From positions 16,306 to 80,305 of the IMG/VR virus record IMGVR_UViG_3300025030_000076: DNA of 64,000 nucleotides; one strand, given 5' to 3'. Made by a program: the position numbers and the translations under genes. The notes under the pieces were generated by a model. That model ran no database searches. It was not told where the DNA came from and saw nothing but the letters and a program-made list of their open reading frames with translations. This DNA is from a virus. Below, one piece after another: positions 56,234 to 64,000 of the stretch (the stretch's first letter is position 1; each line of letters begins with the position of its first letter).

Positions 56234-56929
56234 TCAAAGTGTAACTACATTTCCGTCATCGTCTACAAGACCGTCGCCGCAGTTACCGCCCGGCGCACAT
56301 GCCAAGCCGCCGCCTTTCGGGGGTACGAAATCATGTTCAACCCACCACGACGCGCGATGTCTCTGCCCGCGCAGCCTCACGCAATCAGGACAAGATTCTT
56401 TTGTGTCGCTTATCTGCGTGAATGTAAGCATCTTATTCTTGGACCCGCGTAAGACTGCCTCATTGTAGAAGCCATCCAATCCGCTTGCGTACCCGTTCGC
56501 CCGCGCTAGCGCCTCCGCCGTTGCGTTCACGTCACCCTCTTTCCGTAATTCCCGCAAGTTCTCAAAGAGTTGATCCACGAAACCAAGCTGCGAATCCAGT
56601 TCTGCCCGCGCCCAGGCTGCGGTTTCTGCGTCAAGCGGTAGTTCCGCTCCCGCGTCCTGATACCCTGCGTCAGCCGCGGCGACATACGCCTTCGAGATAG
56701 CCGCAGCCATCAACGCCTTGTATATCGTGATATAGCCTGAGCTGGTCAGGTAATCATATATCGCATCGTGGATTTCGCCGCTCATCTCGGCGCGGATAGA
56801 GGTGTAATCGCCAGCCGCCTTGAGCGCGTGTAACTTCACGAACCGCCGCGCATCAGCGGACAGGTACGGCAGGACTTCCGGTACGGTCTGCACTGTGTCG
56901 AGCACGATCTTGGTCAATGCGTCAGTCAT
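56234..56929 (-). CDS. MuF-like minor head protein (copy B)
   Basis: Homolog of 2887-3582. Confidence 0.6.
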   Translation of the reverse strand: MTDALTKIVLDTVQTVPEVLPYLSADARRFVKLHALKAAGDYTSIRAEMSGEIHDAIYDYLTSSGYITIYKALMAAAISKAYVAAADAGYQDAGAELPLDAETAAWARAELDSQLGFVDQLFENLRELRKEGDVNATAEALARANGYASGLDGFYNEAVLRGSKNKMLTFTQISDTKESCPDCVRLRGQRHRASWWVEHDFVPPKGGGLACAPGGNCGDGLVDDDGNVVTL

Positions 56930-57107
56930 CCATCACCTCAAGGAAATACCAGGCGAGCAATTCGTCCTCATCGTCTATCTCCGGCGGACGGCGTACCGGC
57001 GCGTGCATAAGAAGGTAGCCAGCGGCCTCCGCTGCTGCCTCCTCCGCTCCGTTGTAGGGGATCGCAGCGTCGTAATTGATCGACTCGTCGTAGCTAGTGA
57101 TAGCCAC
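56922..57107 (-). CDS. Hypothetical protein
   Basis: Homolog of 3575-3760. Confidence 0.7.
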   Translation of the reverse strand: MAITSYDESINYDAAIPYNGAEEAAAEAAGYLLMHAPVRRPPEIDDEDELLAWYFLEVMDD

Positions 57108-57307
57108 TATTCCTCTTTCGGCATCGGCGCGACGGATGACACAATCACCAGCCGGTAATCGCCTGTGTCCTTACTCTGTGCCCACTGCGGCGCGAACACG
57201 ATCTGGAAGCCTGTCTCTTTGCATAGCTCCTGATAGAGTTCGACAAAGTCCTTCTCTGCGTACTTGCGCGGCGTCACTGCCGGGGCGGGGGTGGTTTTAC
57301 CTTTCAT
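57107..57307 (-). CDS. Hypothetical protein
   Basis: Homolog of 3760-3966. Confidence 0.7.
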   Translation of the reverse strand: MKGKTTPAPAVTPRKYAEKDFVELYQELCKETGFQIVFAPQWAQSKDTGDYRLVIVSSVAPMPKEE

Positions 57308-57627
57308 GGGGTCACTATCTCGCTTTCTTCCGCTGTGATTGCGGCGTCTCTGGCGGCGTTTGCGTCGACGTTGGCTTTGTACGACTTGGACGCGTCCAGA
57401 ATGGTACTGAGAACATACTTATCCAATATTGCCAGCTTCTCAGCCGCCGATAAGTCGGCATAGACACGCGGCGCTTCTGGCGTGCCGTGATTGCCCATAC
57501 CAACATCGAAAAGATAATGCGCTGCCTGGTCTGCTTTCTTATCAATGAGTGCGGTGGTCGCGCTGTATTGGAAACGGTACGCGGTCAGTCCTGCTGAGGG
57601 TGTGTTGGGTAGTCGAGTGAGTGCCAT
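57304..57627 (-). CDS. Hypothetical protein (fibre partner, copy B allele)
   Basis: Coupled ORF after the fibre gene. Confidence 0.6.
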   Translation of the reverse strand: MALTRLPNTPSAGLTAYRFQYSATTALIDKKADQAAHYLFDVGMGNHGTPEAPRVYADLSAAEKLAILDKYVLSTILDASKSYKANVDANAARDAAITAEESEIVTP

Positions 57628-57628
57628 A

Positions 57629-59422
57629 TTAAGCTGCTCCTTTCATGATTCCTGTGTTGACTAATGCCGTCCGCATTGCAACGACTAAATCATACAATGC
57701 GTGCATGTTGGCATCGCTATCCAATCCAAATATGCCGGTAGAATACGCGGCGGGCGCGGCCTGCGTTGCTCCTGCTGGCTGTATGATCGGCGCCACGTTC
57801 CAAAAGCCTAGTTTCTGCGTTGTTGCCGTGCCGATCTTCGTTCCAGTGGTAGTATCAGTCTGGATGTTCGCAACCGATAAATCTAGTCCGCCATCAAAGC
57901 GGGATAATCCATCATCCACCCAAATAGCGTAGGGATTTGAGATTGTCGCTGGCCCTGCTCCGCCTCCAAGCGGTGAATTGGCAATGTACAGGGTTGCGGC
58001 GTTGGTCACAGTCAAGGCGGAGGCTGCCGAAAGGGTAGGACGTGCGATGTCGAGATAGTTGAAGCCTGTCGCGGTTGTGATATTGGTCGAGCCTGAAATG
58101 GTTGCAGTTGCGGCGCGTAGTTCAATCCCTTTCCAGACCGCGCCTGCTGCGCTTGCGCGTGTGCCAGAACCTAGAAATGATATATCTCCTATATTGGTGT
58201 AAATGGCGTAATTCAGAGTGCTGGCTATATTCTGATTTTGGATGTACACCCCATACATATTTACAATAGTTCCGGCTGCACCTTTAGTTGGCGTCTTTAC
58301 AAATAGACCTCTAGCATCAGTGATCGTCCCTGCCGTATTTGCCTGCCGAATATCAACCACAGCCGCGCTAGAGTCGGTGATGGTTCCGGTTGAATTATTC
58401 CAAATAGTCGCAACAAAACCAGAAGCGCTTGTGAGTGTTCCTGCTGCCGAGTTGAAAATATCATACTGCGCTCCTATCGCTGAACTCATTGCGGACGCAA
58501 ATGAATTAGCCACTGAGAAATAAGCACCCCTTATAGTACCGGTCAGATTTTGGATTGTATTAGTCCCAACTTGTACAAACATTCCGTAGAAGTTGGCGGA
58601 CGACGCTGACGCAGGATTTACGGTTTGTTGAACCCACAATGTCCTTTCGTTGTCGCCCGATAATGCCGTACTAACTTGCTTTAGGTAGACAAGTTTTTGT
58701 GTGACGGTTTTGTTGATTTCAAAAAACCCGACCCCCGCCGTATCAGTCGTTCCAATTATAAGTTTACCAGCGCCTGATATACTAGCCCATACAGCACCCG
58801 TGCTCGCCTCCCACGTTTGCAGTGCGCTTGTCTGTGTGCTATGCCCCTGTACCCGAAACTGTATCTGGTCGCTTGTGCCGTCCACCATCTGCTGAGTCGT
58901 AAACACATTCGCCGTTGCCAGCAGCGCGGCCGTGCCTGTGGCCGGGATGGTCAGGGTGAACCCACCGAGTGCCACGGTTCCCCCGCCTGTGATGGTGGTC
59001 GCCGCTCCGAGCGTGAGCGTCGAGCCTGCCGCGTTGGCAATGCCTGTACCGCCCAAGTCTGCACCCAACGGGAAGGTGAGCGCGGCCTGCTTCGCGTTGA
59101 ATGTGCTCCAGTCTGTACCGGATAGCGTGCCTGTCACACCAGCAGAAGCAAGGCCAAGAGATAATGCCTGTCCCACCAGAGACAGCCCGTTAGCCGTGCC
59201 GATGGTGACGGCGGCGTGGTCAATGGCTTCCAACTGCACAACCCGGTAATCGAGCGACGATGCAACCGCCGAACCGTCTACCCCTATCTTCGCTTCGAGC
59301 GCCTCAACTGCGTCGTTGATGTTGGCGTGCTGGGTCGAGTGCAAGACGGCAGGCGTAGAGAGATTGTCCGCCGGGGTAGGGTTGGTGAAGTCATCGAGTG
59401 TTACTGGAAATGAAGTAGGCAT
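57629..59422 (-). CDS. Fibre-like virion protein (copy B allele)
   Basis: N-terminus shared with 4298-5947; remainder largely different. Confidence 0.65.
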   Translation of the reverse strand: MPTSFPVTLDDFTNPTPADNLSTPAVLHSTQHANINDAVEALEAKIGVDGSAVASSLDYRVVQLEAIDHAAVTIGTANGLSLVGQALSLGLASAGVTGTLSGTDWSTFNAKQAALTFPLGADLGGTGIANAAGSTLTLGAATTITGGGTVALGGFTLTIPATGTAALLATANVFTTQQMVDGTSDQIQFRVQGHSTQTSALQTWEASTGAVWASISGAGKLIIGTTDTAGVGFFEINKTVTQKLVYLKQVSTALSGDNERTLWVQQTVNPASASSANFYGMFVQVGTNTIQNLTGTIRGAYFSVANSFASAMSSAIGAQYDIFNSAAGTLTSASGFVATIWNNSTGTITDSSAAVVDIRQANTAGTITDARGLFVKTPTKGAAGTIVNMYGVYIQNQNIASTLNYAIYTNIGDISFLGSGTRASAAGAVWKGIELRAATATISGSTNITTATGFNYLDIARPTLSAASALTVTNAATLYIANSPLGGGAGPATISNPYAIWVDDGLSRFDGGLDLSVANIQTDTTTGTKIGTATTQKLGFWNVAPIIQPAGATQAAPAAYSTGIFGLDSDANMHALYDLVVAMRTALVNTGIMKGAA

Positions 59423-61920
59423 TACTTACTCTCTATCTCTGTGATCTTACCGTCCGCTCCGCGCTTGACGGTCGCCTTGCGCGGCTTCCGTTCCTCTTTC
59501 TGGATAACAACATCGGACGGCTCGACTGTGATGTTATTCTCGACCGGCGCAGGCTGGACCGTGTTGGTCACATTGACGATGGGCGTCTGTACTTCATTTG
59601 TCACGCTTACCGCCACCTCCGACGGATGGATGACAGGCGCAAATGTCACGTTCGGCGGGGGCAGGGGAGTCTCAACCGCCTGCTTCATTGCCGCCAGATT
59701 TTCCGTCATTGCCTTGACCGCTGCAATCGTTTCCTTGCTGGTCATATCCACGTTAGCAGGATTTGTAATGTTGATAATCATTTCATCTCTCCCGTGTGTG
59801 CCCGTTGGCTCTACCTTCGCGGCGACAATTGCCCGCTCGATGGTCAGCGCCAGCGCCTTGATCGCTTCGGTGTTATCGGGCACAGACTGATATATCGGCA
59901 CAGGCGTGGATGTCGTCTCGCCGATCACAAACGCAGCTGCAATATCCGCCTCACTCTTTGCGTCCGCCAGTTTCAGACGGATCGGAGCGGCGATAGTCTC
60001 GCGCAAATGTTTGCACTCCCAATCCACCGCCGTTCCCTTGCCTTTTGCGTACCATTGTCGCGCACGGTCATACCATAGCGCCAGGTCCTTGATCTCATCG
60101 GCGGTAAGGTTCGCGGCGTTGGATGCGGTCGCGCTCTTGTTTTCGTAGCCGACCAAATCGACAGGGAACCACACCTCACCATCTACATAATAGACTTCCG
60201 AAAAATTGATCTCAATCGGCTCGATGGTTTCAACGGGCAGATCGCTATTCTTTGGAATATAAGCTAGTGTCATGTGGGGGATAAACCCGTAATCTTTATG
60301 ATATGGCACATGATAGTTATCCAGCAAGCCGCAAAGCATGTTATACAGCTTCGGCGCCTGCGGGCTATCGAACGTCATAACAACCGGGTCGTTCTCGCCG
60401 TCGCTAACAAAGCGCGCCAGTCCTTGCAGTCTGCCCTTGATCGGGCTTTGGAACATTCCCAAATCTGACACGGCGCGAATAACATCTAGTTTGTCTATCG
60501 TTCTGTTATCGCCCAGGTAAACAAGCGTGATGTGCAAATCCTTTAGTAATTCCTCATCCGCGAAAGTGTACTTACTTTGTATCTCTGCCTTGATTAAGTC
60601 AGGGATACGTAACGCGATCATTGCCGAGTATTCACCCGCTTTGAAAGCCTTCATATCTTCCAACTCTGTCTCAACTGGCTTGCTCTGCTCCGCGACCGGC
60701 GGCTTCATCTGCTCCACCACTGCAAGCCGCGCTTCCTCTTTCCGGGCAATGATCCTATCCATCTTTCCCTGCTGCACCTTATCGAGATCGTAGCCCATGA
60801 AGCTCATGCCCAAATCAGCCACTTCCGGGTCAGTCGTTACGGCGGTAACAAACGAAACGAGCGACTCGTTACGCTTTACTTCATCTTCCTGGAATATCTC
60901 CAACGCCTCCAAGTTGAAGCGCATCCTGTAGCCGTAGGGCTTGAATAACTGGTCGGTGAATGTTTCCTCGATTGTCTGCTTGATGCCGACAAAGCGGGAT
61001 GCGGTGTACCATTGCTTACGCAGCGCGTCGAATTCGCTGGCGAAGGCGTTGTCGGACATGAACAGGGCGGTCGGGATGCCGAAACTATCCGAGACAGATT
61101 CCTTTGCGTCCCGCCGCAGTTCGATATACGATTGCTTGAGTTCATCCATCCCGGCCCCGACGCGGATAAGAGATAGCGCGTCCGAGTTGACGATCTTTGC
61201 CAGAACGTTGAAGCCGCCGCGCAATAAGCGGTCAAAGAAACCCTCCGCCTTTTCCCGCTCCCCCTGGTTTACCATTCCCTTAGCACCGAGCAGCGTGATC
61301 GGAACGAAGCCGCGCTCGCCATACATCCGCATGGTATTCTTCATGTTCCAAATGACCTGCGCGTCCAGCGTCGCATTGCCAAGCGGGTGGTTCTCGGCGG
61401 GACCAATCTCCACGTCGCTATCTGGCAGCCAGAAGTATATGATCTTATTCGGATATATCTTCTCCGTCTTGCCCCGTTGCGCCGTACGGTCGAACCACTG
61501 CAGGCCGTTTATGTCGATATACGGCTGGATTGTGCCCGGCGCACAGTATTGCAAGTTAACGATCATTTTGGTGGTGCGCCAGGGAATGAGATACGCCGCG
61601 CCGCCGCACAGGGATGAGGCGATCAGGTAGATAAGTTTCTGTGGGTTCGGCAGCCCGCCCAGGTTGTTCTTCCAGTTTGCCGACGTGTCGAAAACATCGT
61701 CGTTCTTGTCGAGTATGTCGAATGGCAGGGACGAGATCGCGACGGCGGTCATGTCCACCGCGTGTGCAAGATCAGGTACGAATTTCTTGAGCGACGTGAC
61801 GTTACCCGTCTGCCCGGTCTTGGACGCCTCAAGGAAACCTTCAATACCTCCCCAGGGGGCAAAGTCAAAGCCAGATTTATAGGGGTTTGGACTTGCAAAA
61901 ATGAATGGTGAATTCGTCAT
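59422..61920 (-). CDS. Portal protein with inserted 2H phosphoesterase domain
   Basis: Homolog of 5948-7924 plus ~175 aa containing LHITL and PHMTL (two HxT motifs). Confidence 0.85.
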   Translation of the reverse strand: MTNSPFIFASPNPYKSGFDFAPWGGIEGFLEASKTGQTGNVTSLKKFVPDLAHAVDMTAVAISSLPFDILDKNDDVFDTSANWKNNLGGLPNPQKLIYLIASSLCGGAAYLIPWRTTKMIVNLQYCAPGTIQPYIDINGLQWFDRTAQRGKTEKIYPNKIIYFWLPDSDVEIGPAENHPLGNATLDAQVIWNMKNTMRMYGERGFVPITLLGAKGMVNQGEREKAEGFFDRLLRGGFNVLAKIVNSDALSLIRVGAGMDELKQSYIELRRDAKESVSDSFGIPTALFMSDNAFASEFDALRKQWYTASRFVGIKQTIEETFTDQLFKPYGYRMRFNLEALEIFQEDEVKRNESLVSFVTAVTTDPEVADLGMSFMGYDLDKVQQGKMDRIIARKEEARLAVVEQMKPPVAEQSKPVETELEDMKAFKAGEYSAMIALRIPDLIKAEIQSKYTFADEELLKDLHITLVYLGDNRTIDKLDVIRAVSDLGMFQSPIKGRLQGLARFVSDGENDPVVMTFDSPQAPKLYNMLCGLLDNYHVPYHKDYGFIPHMTLAYIPKNSDLPVETIEPIEINFSEVYYVDGEVWFPVDLVGYENKSATASNAANLTADEIKDLALWYDRARQWYAKGKGTAVDWECKHLRETIAAPIRLKLADAKSEADIAAAFVIGETTSTPVPIYQSVPDNTEAIKALALTIERAIVAAKVEPTGTHGRDEMIINITNPANVDMTSKETIAAVKAMTENLAAMKQAVETPLPPPNVTFAPVIHPSEVAVSVTNEVQTPIVNVTNTVQPAPVENNITVEPSDVVIQKEERKPRKATVKRGADGKITEIESK

Positions 61921-61929
61921 TTGTCCTCT

Positions 61930-63171
61930 TTAGCTAACCAGCCATGTTTCAATCATGTCGCCCTCGTGTGCGTACCTGCCCGCGGCAATTAGATGGTCGT
62001 TCTTCTCGACCGGCTTGCGTATGGCGTTGCCGTTAGCATCTTCCTGCCAGTGAAAAGTAGAAATCTCATTCTTTGCGTTGACGCATTTCGCATCAATGAT
62101 GATCTCCTGCTGCTGTAACCACTGGATACCGAATAGCACGCTATCCTTGCCCTTGACCGCCGCAAGTGCCGAAACGCCGTACTGCTGTAATTCGGCGATT
62201 GACTTCGGTTCGGCGCTATCACAAACCACGTAGTCGCCACCGATCCTGTTCTTTACTTCCACGGCCAGCAGGTCATTTGTCAGGCCGCGCTCATACAATT
62301 CATCGAATACATAAATGCGTTTGTGCTTCGCGTCGTAGTGCGATACCCATAGCGCCGCAGGGTCGGCTGAGAAGCCAAAGTCCAGCCCGTTGCGGTGGTT
62401 GGTGAATTGTGCCTGCATCCCGGATAAGTCCTCAACGCGCCAATTGGTGAAGATGACATGGCCGAGAATGCCCCAGTTGCCTTCTGAATATACGTCAAAG
62501 TAATACTTATCCTTCTCGTTTTCCAAGCCCCTAACATCTTCCCTGGTAAGAAACCTATTGTCTCGGTATGTAGTTTTTAGAATGTATAAATCGGGCGACT
62601 TATATTCTTTCTGGTCGTTAGTCCATCCAATCATTGAGAAGTAATCCGCATAGATAAAATGTGATTGTAGAATTGGATTAAATGACAGCATCAGCCTCTT
62701 AGGTGTTTTCTCGCTTCCCCCGCGCTGACGCTTCAAAAGTTGTTTTATGATTGACGAACGTTCTATTTCCGTTGCCTCTTCAACACGAACATCAGTGAAT
62801 ACTCCTTTAGCAGGGGTCAAACTTTTTAGTTTCTCAACATCGTCTAAACCTGCAAATATTATCTGGTATCCATTTACACAAGTAACCGTCCCATCTGTTT
62901 TATTTATAGAGAATAAATCAGACAAGCCCCAGTCCCTAATAATCTTTGTTATCTCTTGCACAACAGAACCGCGAAGCGTACGCGCTACCTGCCTACAAAC
63001 TAGGAAGTTACGACCGCCTTTCATAACGTCTCTCACGTCGCGCTGTGCTAAAAACACAGACTTACCAGACGATGCGCCGCCATAGTAAATTTGTATTCGC
63101 GCCATTTCATTTAAGCACGGAATATAGGCATCATTAAACACGGCGGGGTCTATCTCTACTTTATGTTCCAT
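61930..63171 (-). CDS. terL: Terminase large subunit (copy B)
   Basis: Near-identical to 7934-9178. Confidence 0.95.
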   Translation of the reverse strand: MEHKVEIDPAVFNDAYIPCLNEMARIQIYYGGASSGKSVFLAQRDVRDVMKGGRNFLVCRQVARTLRGSVVQEITKIIRDWGLSDLFSINKTDGTVTCVNGYQIIFAGLDDVEKLKSLTPAKGVFTDVRVEEATEIERSSIIKQLLKRQRGGSEKTPKRLMLSFNPILQSHFIYADYFSMIGWTNDQKEYKSPDLYILKTTYRDNRFLTREDVRGLENEKDKYYFDVYSEGNWGILGHVIFTNWRVEDLSGMQAQFTNHRNGLDFGFSADPAALWVSHYDAKHKRIYVFDELYERGLTNDLLAVEVKNRIGGDYVVCDSAEPKSIAELQQYGVSALAAVKGKDSVLFGIQWLQQQEIIIDAKCVNAKNEISTFHWQEDANGNAIRKPVEKNDHLIAAGRYAHEGDMIETWLVS

Positions 63172-63802
63172 TTTTCCCAGCCTTGCGCCTTATCCAAGCC
63201 TGCTTAAGTTTCTCTATGGTCTCCTTTTTCGGCTTGTATCCTTTTTGTGCGTCGCTGATTTTCTTGCGGGTTTCGGCACTCTTGGGGTTATACTGCCCGA
63301 TTGCTAATCCGCGTTTCTGGTTGTCGTTTATCTTCTTTCCCTTGTGCGCCGCTGAAATTTTAGCAGCTCTCTCCTCTGTGTATTTTCCACGCGGCCTGCC
63401 TGCCCATATTTCAGACATCTTCTTTTTGGATTCTTCTGTATGCTTAAATCCAGAATGAATGAGAGACATTAGTTTTTTGGCTTCCTCGCTAAACCTAAAA
63501 CCAAACATACTCCCGGCTCTCCTGTTTGTGTTGTATTCTGGAAAGTCACGATCTAGATACCCCTGCTCAATAGGTATAAGACTGTTCTTATCTTTGACAG
63601 TCTCTAGAATCACGAAATCAAAACTTGCCGCCCCGTATTTATTCCATGCGTTTTGTAGATGTTTACTTGGATGTGTGCCTTTTCTGAGTTTATAGGTATG
63701 TTGTCGCCATCTCCCAGAAATATCAACAGCGGATCCGATATACCTGTGTCTATTGCGTGTGTTTACAATGGCATAAATCCCACTTATAATAGTTGACATC
63801 AT
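63161..63802 (-). CDS. GIY-YIG endonuclease with NUMOD3-like repeats (different allele)
   Basis: SGIYAIVN...YIGSA; HTEESKKKMS. Confidence 0.9.
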   Translation of the reverse strand: MMSTIISGIYAIVNTRNRHRYIGSAVDISGRWRQHTYKLRKGTHPSKHLQNAWNKYGAASFDFVILETVKDKNSLIPIEQGYLDRDFPEYNTNRRAGSMFGFRFSEEAKKLMSLIHSGFKHTEESKKKMSEIWAGRPRGKYTEERAAKISAAHKGKKINDNQKRGLAIGQYNPKSAETRKKISDAQKGYKPKKETIEKLKQAWIRRKAGKNGT

Positions 63803-63893
63803 TGCACCTCCGTTGTGCAGTGGTCGCGCTCCCGGATGCTTCAACATCGCGGGAGCAGCGCTTAGATTATTTGTTCTATTATAACACGTGACG

Positions 63894-64000
63894 TTATTCA
63901 TCAATACCTTTGACTGTGACAGTAATTGTCAGCGGCTCGCCAAGCGGCCCGCCGATTTCAACACTATCCCCATACCCGCGCTTTTTGCCGCGCTTGGACA
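63894..64000 (-). CDS. terS: Terminase small subunit, 3' end (partial)
   Basis: Matches the 3' end of 9889-10275. Confidence 0.7.
   Translation of the reverse strand, partial: SKRGKKRGYGDSVEIGGPLGEPLTITVTVKGIDE

Larger units (their letters stand above)
53455..64000. repeat. Copy B of the long diverged direct repeat
   Basis: Colinear with 1-9995. Confidence 0.95.

Noticed and set aside
1-64000. Integrase, IntI, CI repressor, reverse transcriptase/DGR, or a clear endolysin
   Set aside because: No ORF shows R-H-x-x-R/Y, serine recombinase, S24 peptidase, YxDD RT or recognisable amidase/muramidase motifs. Absence was judged by eye only.
53455-64000. Simple terminal redundancy or circular-assembly overlap
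   Set aside because: The copies differ by many substitutions, a domain insertion and gene swaps, so they are not the same genome end repeated.

Overview
The window is phage DNA (siphovirus-like, HK97-type head). It holds one full genome length of about 54 kb plus an overlap: positions 1-~9995 recur as a diverged, mosaic copy at ~53455-64000 (offset ~53.5-54.0 kb). Most genes lie on the minus strand: packaging (terS, GIY-YIG, terL, portal), head, tail, replication (DnaD-type initiator, helicase loader/inhibitor, RecT) and DNA modification. I found no integrase, IntI or CI-type repressor. The main finding is a plus-strand array of 14 integron-type gene cassettes (27761-32146). They are delimited by attC-like imperfect palindromes, lie downstream of a consensus sigma70 promoter, and carry small phage-type genes; most of these ORFs translate through their own attC site. 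The second finding is a deoxysugar/branched-sugar pathway (RfbH/DdhC, split ThDP enzyme, epimerase/reductase, SDR, radical SAM, methyltransferase) plus a glycosyltransferase embedded in the head module. Other oddities are a 2H-phosphoesterase (Acb1-like) domain in only one portal copy, a structured leader shared by unrelated endonuclease genes, several structured non-coding leaders and a CCAGTA motif array. The host is possibly Chloroflexota (weak inference). All calls come from reading motifs by eye; no database searches were run.
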